In this document: positions 18,640 through 28,633 of the stretch, piece after piece
Layout: the number at the start of each line of letters is the position of its first letter
Position numbering within the stretch: the stretch's first letter is position 1
Source: Promethearchaeota archaeon
GTDB taxonomy: Archaea > Asgardarchaeota > Lokiarchaeia > Sigyniarchaeales > SOKP01
Assembly: GCA_048939015.1 (NCBI GenBank)
Contig: JBHLPW010000005.1
Coordinates: 41,632-105,631 of the forward strand
Direction of reading: 5' to 3'
Length of the DNA stretch: 64,000 nt
Made by a program: the position numbers and the translations under genes
The notes under the pieces: generated by a model
The model's database searches: none
Told to the model about the DNA's origin: nothing
Seen by the model: only the letters and a program-made list of their open reading frames with translations

Positions 18640-19908
18640 ATGTTTACAAATATTAAAAGTACATATAGGGAATATCCAAGAGCATTTAAAGTTTTGACCC
18701 TAGCCACTTTCATAGACATGTTAGGAAGTTTCTTGTTGTATCCCTTTTTCTCACTGTATATAACTTCGCGTTTTGGCGTTGGAATGATTGAAGTAGGATT
18801 CCTGCTATCAATCAACTCAGTAGGAAATATGATTGGTGGTATGTTTGGAGGAGCATTAGCTGATAAATATGGTCGTCGAAAAATGATCCTATTTGGGCTA
18901 ATTGTAAGTGGGATTGGAAGCGTTTTGTTGGGTTTAGTTGACAACTTATATGTTTTTTATATGCTTGCAGCGTTTTTAGGCTTAGTAGGAAGTTTTGGAG
19001 GTCCTGCACGACAAGCAATGGTGGTGGATCTACTTCCTAAAGAAAAGCAAACAGAAGGGTTTGGTATCCAACGAGTTGCTTTTAACCTTTCAGCAGTGAT
19101 AGGTCCTCTCCTTGGTGGATTCTTAGCATCTCATTCCTATATGTTATTATTTATTTTAGACGCTATAAGTAGTATAATCACTGCTTTTATTGTATATGCG
19201 GTTATTCCTGAGACGAAACCTCAAAAACTGGATGATGAACCAGAAGAAACAATGGTAAAAACTCTAATAGGATATAAAGAAGTGTTAAAAGATTGGAAAT
19301 ATATGTTATTTCTTTTAGTATCTGCGATAACAGTTTTGGTTTACATGCAAATGAATAGTACCTTAGCTGTATTCTTAAGGGATTATCATGCATTTCCTGA
19401 GCAAGGTTTTGGTTTATTATTGAGCATGAATGCAGCTATGGTAGTATTTTTTCAATTTTGGATAACTAGAAAGATTTCAAAATATGCTCCAATGAAAGTA
19501 ATGGCGTTTGGAACTATATTCCTGATGATAGGCTTTGGTATGTATGGATTTATTGCGGAACCTTATCTATTTTTTGTCGCGATGGCTATCATTACTATAG
19601 GAGAAATGATTGTTTATCCTACAGGACAAAGTTCTGCAGCATCTTTCGCTTCGGAGGATAAGCGAGGTCGTTATATGGCGGTTTTTGGTTTTCAGTGGAT
19701 GATTCCGAATATGTTTGGAGTTATAGCTGCTGGAATTATAATGGAACAAATCGGTCCAAATTGGGTATGGTATTTAGCCGGAATTCTATCTTTTATATCA
19801 ACAGTAGGCTTTTGGCTGCTTCATGGAATAACCAAAGAAACTTCTTCAAAAGAATTAGATCATATGAACGAAGAATTGCTTGAATATACAAATCCTTCAA
19901 TCGAATGA
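18640..19908 (+). CDS. MFS transporter (MdtH-like), copy 2
   Basis: Colinear paralog of 17166..18437 with the same motifs. Confidence 0.93.
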   Translation: MFTNIKSTYREYPRAFKVLTLATFIDMLGSFLLYPFFSLYITSRFGVGMIEVGFLLSINSVGNMIGGMFGGALADKYGRRKMILFGLIVSGIGSVLLGLVDNLYVFYMLAAFLGLVGSFGGPARQAMVVDLLPKEKQTEGFGIQRVAFNLSAVIGPLLGGFLASHSYMLLFILDAISSIITAFIVYAVIPETKPQKLDDEPEETMVKTLIGYKEVLKDWKYMLFLLVSAITVLVYMQMNSTLAVFLRDYHAFPEQGFGLLLSMNAAMVVFFQFWITRKISKYAPMKVMAFGTIFLMIGFGMYGFIAEPYLFFVAMAIITIGEMIVYPTGQSSAASFASEDKRGRYMAVFGFQWMIPNMFGVIAAGIIMEQIGPNWVWYLAGILSFISTVGFWLLHGITKETSSKELDHMNEELLEYTNPSIE

Positions 19909-19933
19909 ACAATTTTTAATTTTTATCTTATAA

Positions 19934-21085
19934 TCAATTCTCAATCTCAAATATAATCTTAAGATATTCATATTTTGAATTTAGTAATTTCAAAAGTTTT
20001 TTAGTAAAATTTCTGAGGTTCTCTGCTTGATTCTTCTTTTCGTCTATCTGTTCAAGTAAAAAATCATGTATCATATTTCTTGTATTAGGAGGTCCATTTT
20101 TTTTTAAATAATTCATCCAATGAATTGACATTCTACAAATCTTTTCCAAATCCTCATCCGAATATTCATTTACATCAAGAATTCTTTCATAATATCTGTT
20201 TATAGCATTACTCACCCTCTCCAAGTAATCAGCAGTACCTAATGAATATCTACATAAGCTAATAAGATTTGAAGTTATTCTAGAGTTTCTTGTGTTAGTT
20301 GCTGCTTCAAAAGATTCCCAAACATCATTCCATTCTGATTTTGTATCCTCTATAAGCTCTCTATTATATAACACAACATTCATAATATCACTAAGATCAA
20401 CATCATGACCTCTTTTCAACTTTTTATTGAATATCTCTTTCAAACCTGTTCCTTCAAGATAACTTCCAGCACCAAAATCAAGTAATTGATTTAAATTATT
20501 AGCTGCACAAAGAGCTTCATGTCTTACTTCACCAGTATCGGGATTAGTCCATTGAACGTGCTTTTCAAATTCACCAGTTTCTTTATTCTTAATCCACCCA
20601 CATTCTTTTAAAGCATGATCTAAAACACCTACCTGAAAGCACCAGAAATCTATATCATCTGTAAAGCGTTTCCTTCTCCAATCTCTTGAAGTAAATTTAC
20701 CTAAGTATAGCTTTAGAGTACCTCGAACTATTGCTTTCTTTCCATCCTTTAAAGCTTTCTTAGCATTCTCACAGTATGGATTACTTGAATCTTCAGAACA
20801 ATCATTAATATAGTTTAAAACTTTCCTTGCTTCACCCGCTACAATATCACAAGGAATACTCCCATCTGAAGGATAGCTTCTTGATCCTCCATCTAGATAC
20901 TTTCTAAATAACTCCAAATCATTATTAGGAATTTTGTACCATGGATTATTAAATATAGTCATAGAGAATTTATAGTGGGTAATACCATTTTCATCTTTTT
21001 TAGTTTCTTCGATTATAGGCGAGACATCTCTAAGATTATCTCCTTTGTGTACTGCATCTGCTTTAATATCCCAAACTATTGTCAT
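19934..21085 (-). CDS. Hypothetical protein with a putative nucleotidyltransferase (AbiEii/Pol-beta-like) domain
   Basis: IVRGTLKLYL...RFTDDIDF (RxTxDxD) and KKLKRGHDVDLSDI (K..R...D..D) motifs. Confidence 0.6.
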   Translation of the reverse strand: MTIVWDIKADAVHKGDNLRDVSPIIEETKKDENGITHYKFSMTIFNNPWYKIPNNDLELFRKYLDGGSRSYPSDGSIPCDIVAGEARKVLNYINDCSEDSSNPYCENAKKALKDGKKAIVRGTLKLYLGKFTSRDWRRKRFTDDIDFWCFQVGVLDHALKECGWIKNKETGEFEKHVQWTNPDTGEVRHEALCAANNLNQLLDFGAGSYLEGTGLKEIFNKKLKRGHDVDLSDIMNVVLYNRELIEDTKSEWNDVWESFEAATNTRNSRITSNLISLCRYSLGTADYLERVSNAINRYYERILDVNEYSDEDLEKICRMSIHWMNYLKKNGPPNTRNMIHDFLLEQIDEKKNQAENLRNFTKKLLKLLNSKYEYLKIIFEIEN

Positions 21086-21192
21086 ACGAGATAATATATA
21101 GAATGTAATTTTTAAAAATTGTTAATTTAAAATATAAAATTCATTTTTAAACATGGAATCTATTGATATTATATTATTAATCATAAAAGAAC

Positions 21193-21882
21193 ATGAAGCA
21201 AATGAATTTTTTCAAAGTATTTACATTAACTCCTTGGGATTCGCTTAATTCAGAAACTTTAACTGAAGTTAAACTATACTCATTAAAGAATATATTTAAC
21301 ACATTTCCCGTAATCGAACCTGAGTTTTTCGATGATTTACTCTCAAATTTATACAATTTCAAACACTATTCCTGGGTTGAGAGCATTAAGAGAATAGTTG
21401 GACCGAGTGATGAAGATTATGATATTAAACCTTGGAATTTAATGTGGGGCATGGATAATGAAAGACGAATATTCCAATTCTTATTTCAAAAAGTTAAAGA
21501 TGATTTAAAAGATTCAAAGGCAACCTTAGTAGCATTAGCTCCACCAGAATTAGGCAAATTATTTAGTCAACATAAAGAAGAAGCAATATTTCGAACTTTT
21601 TCCTTGCTTAATAATCCCAAAAAAATGAAATTCTTAATGATTTTAGCGCCTAAAGGAAAATCTCTTGCTGAAGAACAACCAATTTTCCAAATAAGTAAGG
21701 GAAGTTTAGATAAGCTTAAATTTGAAAATATGCTTAAGCAGATGCCAAATATTAAAGGACAATGGTTTCCCGAGTATTCACTTCGTTGTCCAAATTGTAA
21801 TAAATTAATCACAGAGATAAAGGGATTTAATATAGGGTTTCTTAAACTAAAATGTCCTTATTGTGGTTATCAAAAGTTATAA
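21193..21882 (+). CDS. Hypothetical protein with a C-terminal zinc ribbon
   Basis: CPNC...CPYCG at the C-terminus; 229-aa ORF. Confidence 0.8.
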   Translation: MKQMNFFKVFTLTPWDSLNSETLTEVKLYSLKNIFNTFPVIEPEFFDDLLSNLYNFKHYSWVESIKRIVGPSDEDYDIKPWNLMWGMDNERRIFQFLFQKVKDDLKDSKATLVALAPPELGKLFSQHKEEAIFRTFSLLNNPKKMKFLMILAPKGKSLAEEQPIFQISKGSLDKLKFENMLKQMPNIKGQWFPEYSLRCPNCNKLITEIKGFNIGFLKLKCPYCGYQKL

Positions 21883-21984
21883 TATGCCATAATATTCTAA
21901 AAAAATGCTTTAAAATGATTTTTATTCGATCATCTGATCTATAACTTATTATCAAAATTAAAATTAGAATAAATTATTTTAAAT

Positions 21985-23508
21985 ATGTTTGTTGCAGCGT
22001 TAGATTTAGGGACAACAGGATGTCGAACATATATTTTTGATTTAGCAGGTACTATAATTGCCAGTGATTATCAAGAATGGGAAAGTTATTATCCTTCACC
22101 ATCATTTGTGGAACAAGATGCTAATATTTGGTGGGAATCTATTAAAAAGACAACAGAACAAGCAATAAAAAAGAGTGGAATTGATAAAACGGATATTGTT
22201 AGCCTTTCTGTTACTAATCAACGTGAAACAATTGTCCCTGTAGATAAAGAAGGTAACCCACTTCATAATGCCTTGGTATGGCAAGATAGAAGAACAATAG
22301 ACCAAGTGGAATTTATAAAATCAAAAATAGGGATAGACAAAATTTATGAAACTACCGGATTGACAATCGATCCTTACTTTTCTGCGACAAAGATCCTATG
22401 GTTTAAAGATAAAAAACCAGAAATATATCAAAAAGCTCATAAATTCTTACTCGTTTCGGATTTTATTATTCACAAATTAACTGGTAGATTTACTACAGAC
22501 TTTTCAAACGCTTCACGTACAATGTTATTTGATATTAATAAAATGTCATATTCAGAAGAAATTGCATCAGAATTGGGAATAGATTTAGACAAAATGCCAG
22601 AAGCTTTAGAAAGCGGTGTTGATATTGGCGAAATTGTTAATGATGAAATTTCATTCGATAAGAAAACATTAGTCGTTACAGGAGCAGGAGATCAGCAGTC
22701 TGCTGCCTTAGGTGTTGGAGTTGTAGCTCCTGGAGAAATAAAATGCACCACAGGAACGGGTAGTTTTATTTTAGCGTTTTTATCCCAACCTAAATTTGAT
22801 CCTGAGAAGCGAGTCTTATGTAGCTGCCATGCAGTTCCGGGTACTTGGGTTCAAGAAGCAAGTATTTTTACAACTGGAGCTGTACTAAGGTGGTTTAGGG
22901 ATCAAATTGGGCATGCTGAATGCACTGCTGCTCAAGAAGGTCAAGATCCTTATGATATTATTACCACAGAGGCAGAAAAATCTCCTATTGGTGCAAATGG
23001 TTTAATTCTTATTCCTCATTTCGTTGGTTCTGGAGCACCCCATTGGAATCCACTTGCAAAAGGAATAATCTTTGGATTAGCCTTGGGACATGAACGCAAG
23101 GATCTTTATAGAGCAGTACTTGAAGGTGTAGCCTTCGAAATAAGAAAAAATATAGAAGTCTTTAAAGAATTGGGAATTGAACCAAAAGAATTAATGCTAA
23201 CTGGGGGAGGTTCCCGTTCTGATTTGTGGAATCAAATTTATGCCGATGTTTTAGGTATTACATGTGTCAGAAATATTATTGAAGAATCAACATCATTAGG
23301 TGCCGCAATATTAGCGGCTTCAGGAGCGGGAATATTTCAAGATATTGCAAAAGCAGCTGAGAACTTATGCAAAGTTGATAAAAAGTGGCTTCCGAATGAT
23401 GATCGACATGAATTCTATCAGAAGTTGTATCGTCTTTCATATGAAATGTATGATAATATTAATAGTAAAAATATATATCAAAAACTCAATGATCTCATAA
23501 TAAAATAG
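21985..23508 (+). CDS. FGGY-family carbohydrate kinase (xylulokinase/glycerol kinase-like)
   Basis: LDLGTTGCR, TNQRET, WQDRR, NASRT, GDQQSA, TTGTG, GAPHW, TGGGSRS. Confidence 0.93.
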   Translation: MFVAALDLGTTGCRTYIFDLAGTIIASDYQEWESYYPSPSFVEQDANIWWESIKKTTEQAIKKSGIDKTDIVSLSVTNQRETIVPVDKEGNPLHNALVWQDRRTIDQVEFIKSKIGIDKIYETTGLTIDPYFSATKILWFKDKKPEIYQKAHKFLLVSDFIIHKLTGRFTTDFSNASRTMLFDINKMSYSEEIASELGIDLDKMPEALESGVDIGEIVNDEISFDKKTLVVTGAGDQQSAALGVGVVAPGEIKCTTGTGSFILAFLSQPKFDPEKRVLCSCHAVPGTWVQEASIFTTGAVLRWFRDQIGHAECTAAQEGQDPYDIITTEAEKSPIGANGLILIPHFVGSGAPHWNPLAKGIIFGLALGHERKDLYRAVLEGVAFEIRKNIEVFKELGIEPKELMLTGGGSRSDLWNQIYADVLGITCVRNIIEESTSLGAAILAASGAGIFQDIAKAAENLCKVDKKWLPNDDRHEFYQKLYRLSYEMYDNINSKNIYQKLNDLIIK

Positions 23509-23518
23509 AGGATTTCAT

Positions 23519-23539
23519 TGAGGATAGAGACATTCCTCA
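23519..23539 (+). terminator. Short hairpin TGAGGA-N9-TCCTCA after the FGGY kinase
   Basis: 6-bp inverted repeat 10 nt downstream of the stop codon. Confidence 0.3.
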
Positions 23540-23659
23540 TAATAATCAATTTTATATAGTTTAAATGTTATCTTTTCTATAATCAAAACTTCTTAGTATT
23601 ATATTAAGCATAAAATCTTATATAATACAGAAAAAAATAGAGAAGAAAAAGCATAGAGA

Positions 23660-24274
23660 GTGAAAAAAATGGAATATAATTCTTCACCTGTAGTAAAAGA
23701 ATATTCAAAGAATCAAAGAATGGTTGCTTTAATATTTTACATATTAATAGTCGGTGCGAGTATAGTTACAATAGGAGGAGTAGTATGGACATTTGCAGAC
23801 ATTTTTATCGGTACAACTGGAAAATGGGAGTTATACTTAGATCTTAATTTAGGATATCAGATCGCTATTATTGGAGGACTTTTAGCAGGTTTATTTTTCC
23901 TTTTGATTTTCTTTTTCGGATTATTTAAGAAGACCTCAAAATCATTGATAAACTTTATTTATAGAAAGAGGGAGCTTGAGCAAAAATATAAAGATCGTAT
24001 TGATGTAAAAATTGCAGCTGGTGGATTAATTATCAGTTTAATAGCTATTATAATCGGGGTTATTTTTGCCGTTGTCTTAGAATTATTAAATATTTCTGCT
24101 GGAGGATCCTCATCACTTCTAACGTTTTTAGGAAGTACAGGACCTTGGGTATTATTTATTGGAGTTGCGCTCTTTTCGATTGTTGGCGTCTCCCTGTTCA
24201 TGATCTATTTCTGGAAAAATGGATTTTATTTAATACTTAGATTAATTGGTGCGATCGAAAAGGAGCAGAAGTAA
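23660..24274 (+). CDS. Hypothetical 4-TM membrane protein with an internal duplication
   Basis: Four hydrophobic helices arranged as two similar hairpins; start is GTG 23660 or ATG 23669. Confidence 0.85.
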   Translation: MKKMEYNSSPVVKEYSKNQRMVALIFYILIVGASIVTIGGVVWTFADIFIGTTGKWELYLDLNLGYQIAIIGGLLAGLFFLLIFFFGLFKKTSKSLINFIYRKRELEQKYKDRIDVKIAAGGLIISLIAIIIGVIFAVVLELLNISAGGSSSLLTFLGSTGPWVLFIGVALFSIVGVSLFMIYFWKNGFYLILRLIGAIEKEQK

Positions 24275-24397
24275 TAATATCCTTATTTTTTTTATTAAAT
24301 CAGAAATTTTATGCTCTTTTATTTTTTTTATGTCTATAATTTCTCTAATAAATTCAAATAATTATTTTAATCAATCTTATTTGACCTATTTGATAAT

Positions 24398-25921
24398 ATG
24401 TCAATAAAAGTTGGAACTGTATTTAACTACTTACAATTACCTAATGTATCAAAATTCCCTTTTGTGATTAATAAAAGACAAGATGGTATTTTTATCCAAA
24501 AAGGATTGTTTGTATACACTAAATCTAATGAAGGGTTTTTAATAGGGGTTATCGAGGAAATTGTCTTATTAAATGAATATTTTACTGACGCATTAACAAT
24601 TAAAGCTTATAATAATAATGACAATCCAAACATCATTAAAGGTCTTTTTCCAAGCAAAGATTTTGAATTTGCGATCGCCATTGTAAATTGTTTAGGATTG
24701 GTTCAGTTTAAAGATGAAAACTTAAAAGAAATTAAAAGAGTTCAACGGATGACTTATCCAGCTAGTCCTGGAGAGGGTGTTTATATTGTAGAAGATGAAA
24801 TTCTCCATAAATTTCTTGGATTTGATAATGTAGATGGTTTAAATTTAGGTTATGTAAAAGTGACTAATTCTATTGCAAAAATTAACATGAATAGATTATT
24901 AAATAAACATTTTGCAATACTTTCTATTTCAGGAGGAGGAAAAAGTTATCTCACATCAATACTAGTTGAAGAATTGTTATCTAGAAAGGAGGATTCTGGT
25001 ACACCTGCGATTATATTATTTGATGTTCACGGTGAATATGTATATTTAAAAGACATTCCTGAATTAAAAGATAAAATAAAGATCCAAGATGTCTCCTACT
25101 TTCAAATTGGCACACCTAACTTATCAGCATATGTCTTTAAGAAATATCAAGAACAAATTTCACATGTTCAAGTAAGAGAACTCTCAAAATACATGAAGAA
25201 ATTAATAAATGATAGTCAAAAAAAGATTTCGTTTACAATTCATGACATTATTGAATTGATTGAAGAAGAATCTGATGGAAATAGAAGTACAAAACAAGCA
25301 TTAGTAGGATGGTTATCAGATTTAAAAAGACTAAATCTATTTGGCCCTCAAGAAAATCCGATAATAAATAAAATAGTAGAAAGTCAGCAATTAACCATTT
25401 TTAATTTTCAGAAAGAAATCAGTATTAGAAAAAAGCAAATTATAGTAGATTATATTTGTAATAGACTATTTAATCTCAGAAGAATGAACAATATTCCTCC
25501 ATATCTATTAATAATAGAAGAAGCCCATCAATTTTGTCCTGAAGCTGCCCATGCAAAAGCAATTTCAAAACCCATCATTGAGATGATCGCTCGAGAGGGA
25601 AGAAAATTCATGGCGTGTTTATGCTTAATTAGCCAGAGACCAAAAAAATTAAGTACTACCGCGTTATCCCAATGTAATTCTAAATTAATATTAAGTCTAA
25701 AAAATCCATATGATTTAAAACATCTAATGGACAGTTCTGAAGCAATTACTAAAGAGTATGCAAATATGATTTCAAGTTTAGGTGTGGGAGAAATGATTAT
25801 AATGGGAAATGCTGTAAATTATCCTGTATTTATTGATGTTAGACAAAGAAAATTTAAATCTAAAAATGAGGAGATATCTTTAGCCCAATATTGTCTTAAC
25901 TGGCACAAAAAAGAAATATAA
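24398..25921 (+). CDS. herA: HerA-like helicase/ATPase (HAS barrel + DUF87)
   Basis: HFAILSISGGGKS Walker A, FDVHGEY, IIEEAHQFCP Walker B, IAREGRKF, ISQRP. Confidence 0.88.
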   Translation: MSIKVGTVFNYLQLPNVSKFPFVINKRQDGIFIQKGLFVYTKSNEGFLIGVIEEIVLLNEYFTDALTIKAYNNNDNPNIIKGLFPSKDFEFAIAIVNCLGLVQFKDENLKEIKRVQRMTYPASPGEGVYIVEDEILHKFLGFDNVDGLNLGYVKVTNSIAKINMNRLLNKHFAILSISGGGKSYLTSILVEELLSRKEDSGTPAIILFDVHGEYVYLKDIPELKDKIKIQDVSYFQIGTPNLSAYVFKKYQEQISHVQVRELSKYMKKLINDSQKKISFTIHDIIELIEEESDGNRSTKQALVGWLSDLKRLNLFGPQENPIINKIVESQQLTIFNFQKEISIRKKQIIVDYICNRLFNLRRMNNIPPYLLIIEEAHQFCPEAAHAKAISKPIIEMIAREGRKFMACLCLISQRPKKLSTTALSQCNSKLILSLKNPYDLKHLMDSSEAITKEYANMISSLGVGEMIIMGNAVNYPVFIDVRQRKFKSKNEEISLAQYCLNWHKKEI

Positions 25922-25945
25922 TAGACAAATAATATATTCTTTGAT

Positions 25946-26215
25946 TTAAAGTTTATCGACTATTTCCTCTCTAATAGCAGTTCCTCTTTTATTCAAAACT
26001 ATCATTTTCTTATTCTTAGAGACGCGAAATACATGAATTATTGACATACTCTCTAATTTCAGAAAGATTTCTTCTAATATTAATGAATTTATAAAGGGAA
26101 ATTCCTTTTTTAGTAGTTCTTCAAGTCTTTTATCTAATATTTCTCCCTTATTTTTAATTAAAATATCTATAATTGAATTCATTACTGGTTTTTGGTTCCA
26201 ACGATGAGTTTCTAT
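25946..26215 (-). CDS. Small winged-helix protein downstream of cdc48 (start uncertain: ATG 26182 or ATA 26215)
   Basis: Helix-helix-helix-beta-hairpin pattern (IIDILIKNKGEILDKRL...LESMSIIHVFRV); the frame is open upstream through HRWNQKPV. Confidence 0.75.
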   Translation of the reverse strand: METHRWNQKPVMNSIIDILIKNKGEILDKRLEELLKKEFPFINSLILEEIFLKLESMSIIHVFRVSKNKKMIVLNKRGTAIREEIVDKL

Positions 26216-26293
26216 AACAATCCACCTGTTTTAAAAATAAGAAATAGAGATCTATATTAAGAAATAATTATTTTCTAATTAATTTTACGAGTT

Positions 26294-28537
26294 TTAAACA
26301 AACAATCTATCCTCTTTGGACTCCTCGATCCTTCGGCTTCTTAATTTTTCTTCAAATTTCTCGTACCATGTTAATATTTCTGTTGTTAAGGTTGGATTAA
26401 TAAATTTCCTTGCTTCCTTAAAATGGTCTAATGAAACCTTTCTTGCTCTAATATTTTCTCTTAGAGCAATCATAGCTGCCTCGCGACACCATGTTTCAAT
26501 ATCTGCTCCGGAAAAACCAATAATTAAACTATTCAAGTATTCTATATCTATATTACTAGCTAAAGGCATTTCTTTAGTAAATATCTTTAAAATTTCAAGT
26601 CTTCCTTTTTCTTCAGGAGCAGGAACAAGAAGTATTCTGTCAATTCTACCAGGTCTTATTAGTGCTGGATCTAGAATATCAGGACGATTTGTAGCAGCAA
26701 TCACTACAATATCTTTCATTACTTCTAAACCATCTAATTCGGTTAAAAATTGAGATAAAACTTTCTCTGTAACCCCAGAATCAGAAGTATGCCTACCTCG
26801 ACTTGGAGCAATTGAATCAAATTCATCAAAGAAGATGATACACGGAGATGCCATTTTGGCTTTACGAAAAACTTCTCTTATTGCTTTTTCAGATTCTCCC
26901 ACCCATTTTGATAATAGTTCAGGGCCCTTTATTGAAATAAAATTTGCTTTACTCTCAGTGGCCACTGCTCTAGCTAGTAATGTTTTTCCACAACCTGGTG
27001 GTCCATAAAGTAGAATTCCTTTTGGAGGTGTAATTCCCATACGACTAAAGATTGTAGGATGAGAGAGTGGCCATTCAACAGCTTCAATTAACTTTTGTTT
27101 CAAATCATCTAAGCCTCCAACGTTATCCCATGGAACATTCGGGACTTCTACAAACACTTCTCTTATTCCAGACGGAAGAATTTCTTTTAATGCTTCTTCA
27201 AAATCCTCCTTCGTTACTTCAATTTGTTCTAATAGTTCAGGATCAATAATTTCAGATTCTAAATCAATTTTTGGTAAGTAACGACGTAAAGCAGACATGG
27301 CAGCTTCTCGACATACTGCAGAAATATCTGCTCCTACAAAGCCATGAGTTATTTGTGAAAATTCTTTTAATGAAATATTTTTATCAAGAGGCATATTTCT
27401 AGTATGTATTTGAAATACCTCTCTCCTTCCTTTTTCATTAGGTACTTTTATCTCTATTTCACGATCAAATCTACCTGGACGCCGTAATGCTGGATCTAAA
27501 CTATTTGGTCTATTTGTCGCTCCGATAACAATAACTTTACCTCTCCCATGTAAGCCATCCATTAAAGCAAGTAACTGTGCAACAACTCTACGCTCTACTT
27601 CTCCAGTAACAGTTTCTCGTTTTGGAGCAATGGCATCAATTTCATCTATAAAAATAATTGATGGGCTTTTTTCCTCTGCTTCGATAAAAAGTTTTCGCAA
27701 TTTTTTTTCAGATTCTCCATAAAATTTGCTCATAATTTCTGGTCCATTTATAGAAATGAAGTGTGCTTCACTTTCATTAGCAACTGCTCTAGCTAATAAT
27801 GTTTTTCCACAACCTGGAGGACCTCTCAGAAGTACTCCCTTAGGTGGATCAATACCTAAGCGTTTAAATAAAGATGGATGTCTTAATGGTAACTCTACCA
27901 TCTCTCTAACACGTTGAATCTCTTTATCTAAACCTCCAACATCTTCATAAGTTATATAATGTAACCCTCTTTCGGCTTCTTCGGTAACTTTATCACTTAT
28001 ATTTAATATTGTTTCTTGCTTAATAATACAAACTCCAACTGGGCGCATACTAATAACTTTAAATGTGATCTCTCTACTGATTCCAATAGAAATAAAGATA
28101 TAGTCATCAACCGTTATTGGATAATTATTTAACTTTCTTTTTACAAAACTTTCAAATCTAGGATTATTTTTAATAGGAAAATTAGAGGGAGCTAATACCA
28201 CATTCTGAGCAATGTCAGCTTTTACTTTTCGAATTTCGACAGTGTCATCAATTCTAGTTCCAGTATTTTTCTGAAGTCTGGAATCTACGCGCACAATACC
28301 TAAACCATTATCTTGTGGATAACTTGGCCATGCAATTCCAGCACTCTCCTTCTTTCCATTAACAGATATAACATCACCAGTCTGGATCTTTAACTTTTCC
28401 ATAGTTTTTGGGTCAATTCTAATAATATTACGACCTATATCTCTCTTTTTAGCCTTTTGGACACGTAATGTTACATTAGACATTTCTTTATCGTCTTTAT
28501 CATCCTTCTCCTTATGATTATTGCCTCTTGATGACAT
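26294..28537 (-). CDS. cdc48: Cdc48/VCP (VAT) AAA+ ATPase
   Basis: N-domain, two GPPGCGKT Walker A motifs, IDEID/FDEFD Walker [13 protein letters not shown] and [13 protein letters not shown] motifs. Confidence 0.97.
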   Translation of the reverse strand: MSSRGNNHKEKDDKDDKEMSNVTLRVQKAKKRDIGRNIIRIDPKTMEKLKIQTGDVISVNGKKESAGIAWPSYPQDNGLGIVRVDSRLQKNTGTRIDDTVEIRKVKADIAQNVVLAPSNFPIKNNPRFESFVKRKLNNYPITVDDYIFISIGISREITFKVISMRPVGVCIIKQETILNISDKVTEEAERGLHYITYEDVGGLDKEIQRVREMVELPLRHPSLFKRLGIDPPKGVLLRGPPGCGKTLLARAVANESEAHFISINGPEIMSKFYGESEKKLRKLFIEAEEKSPSIIFIDEIDAIAPKRETVTGEVERRVVAQLLALMDGLHGRGKVIVIGATNRPNSLDPALRRPGRFDREIEIKVPNEKGRREVFQIHTRNMPLDKNISLKEFSQITHGFVGADISAVCREAAMSALRRYLPKIDLESEIIDPELLEQIEVTKEDFEEALKEILPSGIREVFVEVPNVPWDNVGGLDDLKQKLIEAVEWPLSHPTIFSRMGITPPKGILLYGPPGCGKTLLARAVATESKANFISIKGPELLSKWVGESEKAIREVFRKAKMASPCIIFFDEFDSIAPSRGRHTSDSGVTEKVLSQFLTELDGLEVMKDIVVIAATNRPDILDPALIRPGRIDRILLVPAPEEKGRLEILKIFTKEMPLASNIDIEYLNSLIIGFSGADIETWCREAAMIALRENIRARKVSLDHFKEARKFINPTLTTEILTWYEKFEEKLRSRRIEESKEDRLFV

Positions 28538-28633
28538 AATATTTCATTTTTATATACTTTTCTTGATCTATTATTAAGAATTATTAATTGAGTAAAAATT
28601 TTTGTGTTTATTTATTAAAAGAGATTTTTAATT

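Larger units (their letters stand above)
17001..19908 (+). repeat. Diverged tandem duplication (period 1474 bp) of promoter + leader + MFS gene
   Basis: Homologous landmarks are offset by exactly 1474 bp (17001/18475, 17037/18511, 17166/18640). Confidence 0.9.

Noticed and set aside
21940-21947. TATAACTT half-sites upstream of the FGGY kinase (and at 13427) as part of the 38670 operator regulon
   Set aside because: A single AT-rich 8-mer is expected by chance here and resembles a TATA box
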